IMG/VR virus record: IMGVR_UViG_3300045988_108312
Source of the DNA: a virus
DNA: 56,568 bases
Reading direction: 5' to 3' (one strand)
The notes beneath the pieces were generated by a model that saw only the letters and a program-made list of their open reading frames with translations, did not search any database and was not told where the DNA came from. The position numbers and the translations under genes were made by a program. Below, piece by piece: positions 33,706 through 42,879 of the stretch. Position 1 is the stretch's first letter, and each line of letters begins with the position of its first letter.

Positions 33706-34005
33706 ATGGCAAAAGCAACACTTCCAACAAATTTTAAGGACGATATATTGGATAAAAAAATGGGTGGTCGTCGCAGATACCGAATGACTACCAATTCAGA
33801 CGGAACGGTGACACTGGAAGATGTAACGACATATACACAGATTGGCGGCGAGTTTAAAGCAGCTAATATCAACGCTACAAATAAAGCTATCAATGCGGCG
33901 GCAGATAAAGCTAAGATTCTTAAAAGTCTTGATGATGTTAAAGCTTGTACACAGTCTGGTTACATGGTTGATTGTCTGGTTATTAAAGCTATGTTGGAGG
34001 GATAA
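33706..34005 (+). CDS. Stand-alone copy of the tail-fibre N-terminal module (99 aa)
   Basis: ATG 33706 after CAGGGGG; MAKATLPTNFKDDIL...DGTVTLEDVTTYTQIGGEFKAANINATNKAIN parallels residues 1-100 of 37245..38120. Confidence 0.65.
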   Translation: MAKATLPTNFKDDILDKKMGGRRRYRMTTNSDGTVTLEDVTTYTQIGGEFKAANINATNKAINAAADKAKILKSLDDVKACTQSGYMVDCLVIKAMLEG

Positions 34006-34008
34006 GCT

Positions 34009-34395
34009 ATGTCAATAAGTTCATTCTTAAATGTTAATGGGTATGACTTCCCTTGCCCCGCTGTCGGCTTTTCATGGACGATATCTACTACAGTAAATGC
34101 AGGAAGAAACGCGAATAATGCAGTTATCGGTCAGAGAGTCGGAAGAGATTTATATAAACTGGACAATCTGAAATGGGTAGGACTGACACCAGAACAGCGA
34201 CAAATGATGTTAAAGGCAATCGAACCGTTCTATGTTCCTGTTACATTTGAAGACATGAAGAATCCGGGCAATCCTATCACAATCACTATGTACCCTGGAG
34301 ACAGAAAAGGCGTACCGCTATTCGTTGACCGACTTACGCACATGATAACCAAAGACGAAACATTGTCCTTTAACTTGATAGATTGTGGGTGGTAG
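34009..34395 (+). CDS. Tail component (hypothetical, distal-tail position)
   Basis: RBS GGAGGGA; position after the tape measure gene. Confidence 0.6.
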   Translation: MSISSFLNVNGYDFPCPAVGFSWTISTTVNAGRNANNAVIGQRVGRDLYKLDNLKWVGLTPEQRQMMLKAIEPFYVPVTFEDMKNPGNPITITMYPGDRKGVPLFVDRLTHMITKDETLSFNLIDCGW

Positions 34396-34397
34396 TT

Positions 34398-36653
34398 ATG
34401 CAGAACGTATCAAAATCCTATAAGCAGTCCATGAAAGGCATAGGACGTAACAGGGGATATATAAAAGCGACAATCGGTGTAATAAACTCACAGGCACAGA
34501 AAAATGTTGCTGTAGATAATCGTACGTCTGTTACTTACTTTTCGGACGTGAGAAAGCCTTTTAATAATTACACGGTAGACAATGTATACGCCACAGCAGA
34601 GCAGGATTTTTCCAAGGTAGACGGTACAATGTATTTTCTGCCACCAAAGAACAGTACATTGGATTTTTACAATAATGGAATTGTGACAGATAACATATTG
34701 GGTACTATCTATATATCCTTTTCTGGCGTTACAGGGCTTGATATAAAGGGCTTAACAATAGACTGGGGAGAATATTACCCAGTTGATTTTACAGTCCAAA
34801 ATGACAGCGTTACACGCTTTTACAGCGGTAATGATAAATCCTACTGGGTGACAGAAGATGTATTCAACGGTACTTCCTACATCATCATTACACCTACAAA
34901 AATGATAAATGGACAGGGCAGACTTAGGATATATCAGTTTTATTGCGGTATCGTCAACGCATTTAGCAATAAGGAAGTAAAAAAATACAGCGGTAAACAG
35001 TATGTATCTTCCATAACAGATACGATACCGTCTAACGATATATCACTGACGATAGACAATCAGAATCAATATTATTCTCCAGACAATCCAGACAGCGCAC
35101 TTGCTTACATGGAAGTCGGACAGGAAGTAAAGATTCAATTCGGCTATGATGTGTTGGGAAATAACGAAATAGAATGGCTACCAGAGGAAACAACCTACCT
35201 TAAAACATGGTCGGCAACTGATACGGAAGCCAAGTTTACGGCAACTGACAGATTCGATTACATGACAGGTAAGTACTACCGTGGACTTTACAGGGAAACT
35301 GGAATAAGCCTATATGACCTTGCAATTGACGTTCTGAATGATGCAGGCATAACAGACGATAGAGAGTACTTCATAGACCCATATTTAAAGAATATCAAAG
35401 TACAGAATCCTATGCCAGCAGTAAAGCACAGCGAAGCACTACAGATAATCGCTAATGCCGGACGTTGTGTTTTATTTGAAGATAGAAACAGTAAAATCCA
35501 TATGCAGGCTTCATTCATACCAGATATGACAGCATTATCCAACGGAGAGACAGCATACAGCCATGTATCTGATGTGCTGAATGGAGAAGATAAAGAAGAC
35601 TATGCAATATGCAGTTCCAATTTTTCTACAGTTGACGGAACTGTATTTTTTATGCCCCCTGACAGCAATTATCTAAAGACAGGATATATCAGTTCACAGA
35701 TTGCAGATTCGGACGGTAATTTCAACGAGAATCCCAAAATCACAATTAATCTGGAAGCGGCATTTGTAGCATATGGATTGCAAGTGCAGTTTAGGAATGT
35801 TGCACCGAAGCAATTCAAGGTAACAACGTATTACCAAGATTTAGAGGTGGACAGCTACACGGTAGAACAGGGTGGGGAACTGGAATACACCACATTTGAA
35901 CAATTTAATCTGTTTGACAAAATTGTATTAGAATTTACCAAAGCACAGCCGAACAGCAGAATCACGGTAGATAATATCACTGTTGGGGATGTCACTGACT
36001 ACCATATCACAAGGAATGACATGACAGCCAGCCCTACAGCAGTAAGACAAAATAAAATCAAGGCTATCAGCGTAATTAAGACACAATACCGTAAATCAAG
36101 TGAGAATAAGGATATCTCAACAGAAGAGATTACCATTAGCCCTGCTAACAATGTGCATACGGTATACTTTCAAAATCCCTGTTACGGACTGACTGCAGTA
36201 ATTGATAACGGAACAGATGACGGTGGAAATCCGATTCCAAGCACTATATCGGTGCAGATTACAGACAGTAGCAGTTATTATGCGACTCTACAGTTTAGCG
36301 GTATGACGGAAGAAACGATTGTTAAGTATGTAATTAAAGGATATGAGTACGTTACCGAGGAAATCGGCTACACGGTCACACATAATGACAATGGGGATAT
36401 TAAGACATGGAAAAATCCGTTAATCAGTACAACAGAGTTAGCAAAAGACCTAGAAGAATGGCTTGCAAGCTATTATTTAGGGGATGTTGACTATCAGATA
36501 AAATGGCGTGGAGACCCCAGAACGGATGCAAACGACTTATATTATATGGAATTAAAAGACCGTGGAGAAACCATGATAAGGACGTACCAAAATGAAATAA
36601 CATTTAATGGTGCATGGTCGGGAACAATGAAAGCAAGAAAGGCGGTGCTGTAA
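34398..36653 (+). CDS. Large baseplate/tail-tip structural protein
   Basis: 751 aa; ATG 34398 directly after the upstream stop, RBS GGGTGG. Confidence 0.7.
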   Translation: MQNVSKSYKQSMKGIGRNRGYIKATIGVINSQAQKNVAVDNRTSVTYFSDVRKPFNNYTVDNVYATAEQDFSKVDGTMYFLPPKNSTLDFYNNGIVTDNILGTIYISFSGVTGLDIKGLTIDWGEYYPVDFTVQNDSVTRFYSGNDKSYWVTEDVFNGTSYIIITPTKMINGQGRLRIYQFYCGIVNAFSNKEVKKYSGKQYVSSITDTIPSNDISLTIDNQNQYYSPDNPDSALAYMEVGQEVKIQFGYDVLGNNEIEWLPEETTYLKTWSATDTEAKFTATDRFDYMTGKYYRGLYRETGISLYDLAIDVLNDAGITDDREYFIDPYLKNIKVQNPMPAVKHSEALQIIANAGRCVLFEDRNSKIHMQASFIPDMTALSNGETAYSHVSDVLNGEDKEDYAICSSNFSTVDGTVFFMPPDSNYLKTGYISSQIADSDGNFNENPKITINLEAAFVAYGLQVQFRNVAPKQFKVTTYYQDLEVDSYTVEQGGELEYTTFEQFNLFDKIVLEFTKAQPNSRITVDNITVGDVTDYHITRNDMTASPTAVRQNKIKAISVIKTQYRKSSENKDISTEEITISPANNVHTVYFQNPCYGLTAVIDNGTDDGGNPIPSTISVQITDSSSYYATLQFSGMTEETIVKYVIKGYEYVTEEIGYTVTHNDNGDIKTWKNPLISTTELAKDLEEWLASYYLGDVDYQIKWRGDPRTDANDLYYMELKDRGETMIRTYQNEITFNGAWSGTMKARKAVL

Positions 36654-37244
36654 TTGGCAATAACTAAAGTAACAGCGACGGTTGCTGATGATACAACCGA
36701 TTTAAAACATAGCAATTCAACGTATACTGGAAGCCTTACAGCACCTAAAGAATCGGGTGATTATCCCGTTACGGTGTCTGCTTATGATGATGCAGGAAAT
36801 GTAACCATAGATAAATCAGCGGTATCGGAAGTAAGCCTATGGCATGCTCCTAAGACTAATTGGAAAGCAACCGACAGATTCAATTATGTGGACTATAACC
36901 GTATTAAGAACAATTTGACTTATCTGTATGAACTAGCACAGGAAGTATATAAGCAGTTTTCAATTGTGGATATGGGCGCAGATATTGAAGATTACACAGG
37001 ATGGTTTACAGCGGCGGCTTTTAATGCTTTTGAAAGCAATCTTGAAACGATTAACAAGAACATATTCACACAAGACTACGGAGTATCACAAAGATTCTTT
37101 AATAACGGACAGTTTATCAAATGGGATGAATTAAACCGTATAGAGTCGGCTACGTTGCAAATGAATGACTTACTAGAGCGGCAGAAAGCCACTCTTAGGA
37201 AATTGCCATTCAGACTGGGAGCATTTAGGGAGGTAAGAATATAA
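36654..37244 (+). CDS. Tail/baseplate component (hypothetical)
   Basis: TTG start 6 nt after AAGGCGGTG; abuts flanking genes. Confidence 0.6.
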   Translation: MAITKVTATVADDTTDLKHSNSTYTGSLTAPKESGDYPVTVSAYDDAGNVTIDKSAVSEVSLWHAPKTNWKATDRFNYVDYNRIKNNLTYLYELAQEVYKQFSIVDMGADIEDYTGWFTAAAFNAFESNLETINKNIFTQDYGVSQRFFNNGQFIKWDELNRIESATLQMNDLLERQKATLRKLPFRLGAFREVRI

Positions 37245-38120
37245 ATGGCAAAGGCAAATTTACCTGTCAATTTTAAAGACGATATATTAAAAGAAAATAT
37301 GAACGGCAAGCGTAGATTCAAAATGATTCAGAACATTGACGGTACAGTCAGTTTTGAAGATGTGACAGATTATACACAGGTTGGGAGTACATTCGGAGCG
37401 GCGCAGATAAATGCAACAAATGAAGCTGTAAATAATGCGGCAGATGCAAGCAAGATTATTGACAGTTTAGAAACGATAAAAGCAAATACACAGTCTGGAT
37501 ATATTGCTGGGGCATTGGCAGTTAAGGCATTAGATAGTAATTTAGCAAACAATATCGTTAGTGGTTATTCGGATACACCTATAGGCAACGGTAAATCAAC
37601 AGCTACAGTATCAATAAAAATACCATCTGATAACTGTGTAATTATACTTGCACACCCCGAAGATACAAGAGCTACTACGACGTTAGAACTACCAACGGGT
37701 GCAACGTTGCTATTATCAGATATAACAAGTGCAACAGGTGTATATTACAGATGCAGATACTATGTAGTAAAAGTTACAGGAAGAGCTGGAGCTACTCTTG
37801 ACTTCAATTTCACCTCAACGGGAGCTAATAATTATCTGTATATCCGTTATGTAACAATTAATAGCAATGTCTCCACTGCAATGGCAAAAACAAGTTTTGA
37901 AAAAAATAACTTGTATGTAATAGTGAGAAATGTAGACTATAGGGCAATTTATCATGATTTTTATGGTGCTATTTATCAATATTACGACATGCCTTATACA
38001 ACTACTTATTTTGTTAATTATCAAATGGCGAATATAACAGTGCTTAAAGCGTTAGAAGATAGTGAAAGAAATTTAAAAACAAGTGGAAATTATTCTGATG
38101 TTATTATTAAGTTAGAATAA
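37245..38120 (+). CDS. Tail fibre / receptor-binding protein
   Basis: RBS AGGGAGG; conserved N-terminal module plus a divergent C-terminal 190 aa. Confidence 0.65.
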   Translation: MAKANLPVNFKDDILKENMNGKRRFKMIQNIDGTVSFEDVTDYTQVGSTFGAAQINATNEAVNNAADASKIIDSLETIKANTQSGYIAGALAVKALDSNLANNIVSGYSDTPIGNGKSTATVSIKIPSDNCVIILAHPEDTRATTTLELPTGATLLLSDITSATGVYYRCRYYVVKVTGRAGATLDFNFTSTGANNYLYIRYVTINSNVSTAMAKTSFEKNNLYVIVRNVDYRAIYHDFYGAIYQYYDMPYTTTYFVNYQMANITVLKALEDSERNLKTSGNYSDVIIKLE

Positions 38121-38162
38121 CTAAATTACTATTTAATTTATAAAAGAAAGGAGGTATAGCCC

Positions 38163-38879
38163 ATGGCATACCTAAAATTTTTAGATTCACAAAAAATAAT
38201 CCAGTGTATCGTAGTCCCGGAATCGGAACACGTAGTAACACTGAAATTCCATGATGCAGTTGTCGTAGACACAAACGGATTTGATTTGTTCTTAGATGAA
38301 AAAGGAGAACTTGACATTGGCGGTGATTCTTACCACGGATATAATACCGTTTACAGGAATGACGATACAACAGCAGAATATAACGGATATCAGCTTTCTA
38401 ATAACGGTTCTGTTTATGAGGAACAGCCACAGCCAACACCTGTTGAACCGACTCTTGACGAACTGAAAGAGCAGAAGATTGCAGAAATGAATGCGGCACA
38501 GCAGGAATCAATACAGAACGGTGTTGACGTTACCTTATCAGACGGAACAATTGAACATTTCACGTTGACAGACCATGATCAGACAAGCCTTATGGGATTG
38601 CAGACTAAGGTTGCGCAGGGAGAAACACAGATACCGTGGCATACATCAGATGTGAATGAACCATGTAAATACTACAGCAACACGGACATGAGATTGATTA
38701 CGGAAACAGCTATGCAGGCGGTTACGTATGCAGTAACGTATTTCAGAGATTTGCGTATTTATATCAACTCCTTAGAAGATTCTACGTCCGTCCAGAATGT
38801 TACATATGGAATGACTATTCCTGCTGAATATCGTTCAGAAGTGCTTGCGGATATCTACGCAAGTAAAGGTATTGCGTAA
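38163..38879 (+). CDS. DUF4376/XkdW-like tail-fibre-associated protein
   Basis: RBS AAAGGAGG; LDELKEQKIAEMNAAQQESIQNGVDV...FTLTDHDQTSLMGL... pattern (from memory). Confidence 0.5.
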   Translation: MAYLKFLDSQKIIQCIVVPESEHVVTLKFHDAVVVDTNGFDLFLDEKGELDIGGDSYHGYNTVYRNDDTTAEYNGYQLSNNGSVYEEQPQPTPVEPTLDELKEQKIAEMNAAQQESIQNGVDVTLSDGTIEHFTLTDHDQTSLMGLQTKVAQGETQIPWHTSDVNEPCKYYSNTDMRLITETAMQAVTYAVTYFRDLRIYINSLEDSTSVQNVTYGMTIPAEYRSEVLADIYASKGIA

Positions 38880-39288
38880 GATTATCAAGCCACTTATTCT
38901 ATTTGCGATAGGTGGCTTTCTTTATGTGTGCATAGAGCTGTTATATCGTGGTCGTAGCCATTGGACAATGTTCATTCTTGGCGGTTTATGCTTCCTGTAT
39001 GCAGGAGAACAGAACGAACGCACAGACTGGGATTATCCGCTTATCCTGCAATCAATAAAGGTTGCGACAGCAATTACCATATTAGAGTTTGTATGCGGTC
39101 TTATCGTAAATATATGGTTAGGTTGGAATGTATGGGATTACAGCAATATGCCGTTGAATCTGTTAGGGCAGATATGCCTACCATTCAGCCTGTTATGGAT
39201 AATTGTAGGAACGATTGCAATTATTCTTGACGATTATTTGCGGTACTGGATATTCAAAGAAGAAAAGCCACACTACAGATTGCTGTAA
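38845..39288 (+). CDS. Polytopic membrane protein of the 'putative ABC-transporter type IV' (PF06541-like) family; possible lysis accessory
   Basis: GGFLYVCIELLYRGRSHWTMFILGG...WNVWDYSNMPLNLLGQICLPFSLLW; start uncertain (TTG 38845 or TTG 38872). Confidence 0.55.
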   Translation: MRISTQVKVLRKIIKPLILFAIGGFLYVCIELLYRGRSHWTMFILGGLCFLYAGEQNERTDWDYPLILQSIKVATAITILEFVCGLIVNIWLGWNVWDYSNMPLNLLGQICLPFSLLWIIVGTIAIILDDYLRYWIFKEEKPHYRLL

Positions 39289-39305
39289 TTTGTCGAATTT
39301 TACCG

Positions 39306-39329
39306 CAGAATATGTCGAACGTATTTTCT
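39306..39329. promoter_or_regulatory. Operator-like element CAGAATA-tgtc-GAACGTAT-TTTCT (copy 1)
   Basis: Shares the blocks CAGAATA/GAACGTAT/(A/T)TTCT with 39470-39489. Confidence 0.5.
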
Positions 39330-39465
39330 TGAATCCTTGCACTTATAGAAGTACAATAAACTTGTCCACAGTGATGTGGTGCTTCAAGTTCTGGCAGGGG
39401 CGGTATTGCTATTGGCGTGGCGTACCGTCCTGTAACCATACTACAAAACAAATGTTCTAATTTAG

Positions 39466-39494
39466 TTGACAGAATAGAACGTATATTCTATAAT
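39466..39494 (+). promoter_or_regulatory. Consensus promoter (TTGACA, 17 nt, TATAAT) whose spacer is operator-like copy 2 (AGAATA..TATTCT inverted repeat)
   Basis: TTGACA 39466-71; TATAAT 39489-94. Confidence 0.65.
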
Positions 39495-39527
39495 GGTGTC
39501 ATAACATTACGGACAGGGGTTGATTAC

Positions 39528-39695
39528 ATGAATCAGAGTTGTAGAGAGGGCAAGGATATGGCAGGGGATAATGGCAATGATGCAGAATTTTACAAGAGAG
39601 AATCAAAAAAGATGCTAGATGAAATAAAAGATTTAAAGAATTTACAATTCATCTATGTATACATAAAAAGAACAATGAAGTATGAAAAGGACTAG
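39528..39695 (+). CDS. Hypothetical 55-aa protein (moron candidate)
   Basis: ATG 39528 after CAGGGG; own promoter and terminator. Confidence 0.5.
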   Translation: MNQSCREGKDMAGDNGNDAEFYKRESKKMLDEIKDLKNLQFIYVYIKRTMKYEKD

Positions 39696-39724
39696 GGTTT
39701 GCGCAATGCCCTAGTCCTTTTTTT
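39689..39724. terminator. Bidirectional terminator between convergent genes
   Basis: GGACTAGGG-11 nt-CCCTAGTCC flanked by A-run/T-run. Confidence 0.8.
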
Positions 39725-40085
39725 ATTTGTTTGTAATTGCGTCTATCAAATCTTCTAACTTTTGCCAACCATCAGAATCTAGTTTAGCAAGTGCTAAAAT
39801 CAATCTTTTTTGAAAATTATCATCATTAAGATGCTGAACATCAGATAGAAAATTAGATATTTCCGCTTCTTTTGGTAAATTTACAAACATTTCTCCAGTT
39901 CCATTCAAAAGCCATTCTTCATTAACATTAAATTTCTCACATATGTCAGAAATAGTTCTGCTAGATGGTTTTTTTATTCCAGATTCAACTTGCGCTATAA
40001 AATTTCGGGAAAGACCAATCTTTGAAGAAAATTCTTCTTGCGTCAATTCTAAATGACTTCTCAATTTTTTTATTCGTTCATTCAA
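39723..40085 (-). CDS. CI-like repressor (XRE-family HTH)
   Basis: TTG 40085 lies 6 nt after AAAGGAGGG and downstream of the mapped -10; IKKLRSHLELTQEEFSSKIGLSRNFIAQVESGIKKPS. Confidence 0.8.
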   Translation of the reverse strand: MNERIKKLRSHLELTQEEFSSKIGLSRNFIAQVESGIKKPSSRTISDICEKFNVNEEWLLNGTGEMFVNLPKEAEISNFLSDVQHLNDDNFQKRLILALAKLDSDGWQKLEDLIDAITNK

Positions 40086-40107
40086 TATTTTCCCTCCTTT
40101 CATAATT

Positions 40108-40175
40108 ACTATACAACAAAAAAGTCCCCTAGTCAACAAAAAAGTATTGACAAAATGTTTCCAAGGGACTATACT
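40108..40175. promoter_or_regulatory. Divergent immunity promoters with repeats
   Basis: Leftward: TTGACT (rc 40131-36), 17 nt, TATAGT (rc 40108-13). Rightward: TTGACA 40147-52, 17 nt, TATACT 40170-75. CAACAAAAAAGT at 40114 and 40134 (third, shorter copy at 40189). IR AGTCCC/GGGACT. Confidence 0.6.
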
Positions 40176-40225
40176 TTGTTTACAAGGTCAACAAAACCTT
40201 AAAATTAAAGGAAAGAGGCGAGAAT

Positions 40226-40417
40226 ATGGTAAGTAGCAACATGACAATTGAAATTAATGGTGAAAAGAACAGATTAGAGGATTGTGTAGAAAGCATAGCT
40301 CTGACGATTTCAAGAACCGTTATGGAAGAAAAAGAAAAGAGAACCGAAGATGTGTTGCAGGAATGCAAAATACTCGATTCTCTATCCAATGCCTTAATCG
40401 CTATTAGAGCAAATTAG
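40226..40417 (+). CDS. First rightward early gene (Cro position, no recognisable HTH)
   Basis: RBS AAAGGAAAGAGG. Confidence 0.5.
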   Translation: MVSSNMTIEINGEKNRLEDCVESIALTISRTVMEEKEKRTEDVLQECKILDSLSNALIAIRAN

Positions 40418-40581
40418 CGGAAAGGATTTTTAATAATTTCTACTTTTGCAGGCGTGTTATCAATCGTATCCATAAATTCATCATAGTATTTGCGGTACTC
40501 GGACTTGAATTTTTCTACATCACCTTGATAACCATTTATCTTAGCATTTGCATAAGCAGAAGCAAGAGCAACATTATCCAA
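40414..40581 (-). CDS. Hypothetical 55-aa protein on the minus strand within the early region
   Basis: TTG 40581 lies 8 nt after AAGGAGGTG; the track start 40686 lacks an RBS. Confidence 0.45.
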   Translation of the reverse strand: MDNVALASAYANAKINGYQGDVEKFKSEYRKYYDEFMDTIDNTPAKVEIIKNPFR

Positions 40582-40640
40582 CAGTATCACCTCCTTATTA
40601 TCTGATAAGGAGAGTATACCACAGAAAGGAAGTGAAATGA

Positions 40641-40787
40641 ATGAGTGAAAAGGAAAAGCAGATTGTTGAGAAGTTAAAAGATGCAATCCCTAAAATGTCA
40701 GACTTTGACAAGGGCTATATTCTTGGCAAGGTCGAGAACATGGCAGAAAATTCTGCGAAAAAAGAGGTTTCCGAAAGCAAAGAATAA
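40641..40787 (+). CDS. Hypothetical 48-aa protein
   Basis: RBS GAAAGGAAGTG; below the track cutoff. Confidence 0.45.
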   Translation: MSEKEKQIVEKLKDAIPKMSDFDKGYILGKVENMAENSAKKEVSESKE

Positions 40788-40815
40788 TTTATCAGAATTT
40801 AGGAAAGGAGAAGAA

Positions 40816-41646
40816 TTGAATAAATTAATTCACATTGGAAATGCTGATATTTCCATCAAAGAGTACAAAGGAAAAAGAGTGGTCACGTTTAAGGACATTG
40901 ATATGGTTCATGAAAGACCGGACGGAACAGCAAGAAAAAGATTTTCAGACAACAGAAAGCATTTTGTTGAGGGAGAAGATTATTTCGTTTTGAAACCGTC
41001 AGACCTTGAAAATACTGAACTGTCCGAAAAACGGACACTAGAAAATGTAGTAATGAGTAACTTCGGAACAGCACTCATTACCGAACAGGGCTATCTAATG
41101 TTGGTCAAGTCATTCACGGATGATTTGGCATGGGAAGTGCAAAGAAAATTAGTTTCTTCTTATTTCAATGTACATCAAAGCGTCAACAATCAGTTATCTC
41201 CAGAATTGCAAGCATTGCAAGGACTTCTTAATCAGATGGTTCAAAAAGAACTTGCTGACAAGGAGAGAGACAGGCAGATCGCCAAGGCACAGGAAACAGC
41301 ACAGAAAGCAATAGAAACAACTAACAGTATCAAAGAAGCTGTAAAACCTGTTTTCGATAATTGGCGTGATGAAATCAATGTTAAATTTAATCGTATTCAG
41401 AAAAGTGCATCTACACCATTTAATCTTTTACGTACAGAAATGTATTGTGAATTGGAACGTAGAGCAGGATGCGATTTGTCTACCAGATTAAGAAACCGTA
41501 AACAGCGCATGACTGATAATGGATGCACGAAAACAGAAATTAATAAGTTGAATCGCATGGATGTAATTGAGGAAGATAAGAAATTACGTGAGATATTTAC
41601 AAAAATAGTTTCAGAGTATGAAATTGAGTACTGCGCTTTTAAATAA
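40816..41646 (+). CDS. ORF6N/KilA-N-type antirepressor-like protein (paralogue of 6157..6849)
   Basis: TTG 40816 lies 5 nt after AGGAAAGGAG; IKEYKGKRVVTFKDIDMVHERP...HFVEGEDYFVL...ITEQGYLMLVKSFTDDLAWEVQRKLVSSYF. Confidence 0.75.
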   Translation: MNKLIHIGNADISIKEYKGKRVVTFKDIDMVHERPDGTARKRFSDNRKHFVEGEDYFVLKPSDLENTELSEKRTLENVVMSNFGTALITEQGYLMLVKSFTDDLAWEVQRKLVSSYFNVHQSVNNQLSPELQALQGLLNQMVQKELADKERDRQIAKAQETAQKAIETTNSIKEAVKPVFDNWRDEINVKFNRIQKSASTPFNLLRTEMYCELERRAGCDLSTRLRNRKQRMTDNGCTKTEINKLNRMDVIEEDKKLREIFTKIVSEYEIEYCAFK

Positions 41647-41831
41647 GAAAAAGAAGGGATATTAATGAAGAATATAAGCACTAAAACATTATGCAGAATA
41701 TCTATAGGTTTATCAATATACTCTATTATCATCAACGTATTAGCACATTGGGGGTGAGGACATGGAAAAACAGAGGTATTCCATAGACGCTGAAAACAGT
41801 CAGATGCGAATTGATAGAGAGGATAATCAGG

Positions 41832-42044
41832 ATGAATTTTATTAAAGAAAAATTAAATACAACAGCTTTTACGTCGTGCCTTTCAATTTGCATATATGCT
41901 TTTATCCAGGGAACAAAATTATCTGATTGCTTGTATGCATTTTTAAAAAGTTATATTTTGTGTCTTTTGTTATTTTATGCAATTTATTACACCATTTTAT
42001 TTATTGTCAAGATTATCAAAAATTTTAAGGGGGATGAAACATGA
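41832..42044 (+). CDS. Small membrane protein
   Basis: In-frame ATG of ORF 41811..42044; hydrophobic helices. Confidence 0.45.
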   Translation: MNFIKEKLNTTAFTSCLSICIYAFIQGTKLSDCLYAFLKSYILCLLLFYAIYYTILFIVKIIKNFKGDET

Positions 42045-42108
42045 AAGTTTACGACTTAATCAAACAGCTTACTCGATTTCCTGCTGATGCGGAAGTGAGG
42101 TTTGAGAA

Positions 42109-42507
42109 ATGAAGAATAGAGAGAAGTTTGCAGAACAGATTATTGATATTGCTCTTCAAAAAAATGAAATCGCTGTAAATTTAGAGTCAGGAGAGCTGGG
42201 CATTTGTGGAAAAACAAAATGTTCCGAGTGCCTTTTCAATGAAAGAGGTAAGGATTGCGAAGCTTTGTTAAGAGAATGGGCAGAAAAGGAATATGAAGAA
42301 CCACATGTTGATTGGAGCAAGGTTGCGGTCGATACGCCGATTTGCGTTAGACGTTCTGAAAACGAACAGTGGAAGAAAAGACATTTTGCAAAATATGAAT
42401 ATGGGAGAGTACATACATGGTGTGATGGAGCAACATCATGGAGCAGTGATGCAGATATTACAGTCATATGGAAATTTGCTAAATTAGCAGAAGAGGTGGA
42501 ATCATGA
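42109..42507 (+). CDS. Hypothetical 132-aa protein
   Basis: RBS GTGAGG; overlapping-stop operon packing. Confidence 0.65.
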   Translation: MKNREKFAEQIIDIALQKNEIAVNLESGELGICGKTKCSECLFNERGKDCEALLREWAEKEYEEPHVDWSKVAVDTPICVRRSENEQWKKRHFAKYEYGRVHTWCDGATSWSSDADITVIWKFAKLAEEVES

Positions 42508-42749
42508 TTATAGCAAATGATTCAAGAGTGGATTTTATCGGTAAAGATACAGAAATGTGTCTCGATCTTGCGAATATCATCAGAGCGTTACGGTTTAGAT
42601 TTGAACAGCACTTTGATGAAGATACAGCAGAAATGCTGATCGCACAGGCTGTAGAGGATTCACGAAGGACAGAATCAGAGGTCATAAAGGACATGAAGCA
42701 GTTTCAGAAATCGGCTTCAAGAGGAATGACAAAAGCAATGCTATTTTAA
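42504..42749 (+). CDS. Hypothetical 81-aa protein
   Basis: ATGA overlap with the upstream gene. Confidence 0.6.
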   Translation: MIIANDSRVDFIGKDTEMCLDLANIIRALRFRFEQHFDEDTAEMLIAQAVEDSRRTESEVIKDMKQFQKSASRGMTKAMLF

Positions 42750-42772
42750 ATAAGAAGAAAGGGAAAACAGAT

Positions 42773-42877
42773 ATGGGAGATTTTACAATTGCGGAAGTAG
42801 AAAAAATGTGTGAGGACTTAGGTGTTGGAGTTCTTATCAATGATGGAAAAATCGTAGGATTTGAAGTCGAGGAATGA
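42773..42877 (+). CDS. Hypothetical 34-aa protein
   Basis: Short ORF filling the gap; overlaps the next start. Confidence 0.35.
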   Translation: MGDFTIAEVEKMCEDLGVGVLINDGKIVGFEVEE

Positions 42878-42879
42878 TT

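Noticed and set aside
38961-39460. Overlapping + strand ORFs 38961..39230 and 39215..39460
   Set aside because: The first lies out of frame inside the PF06541-like membrane gene. The second spans the operator-like repeat region and has no RBS. Both have unremarkable composition.
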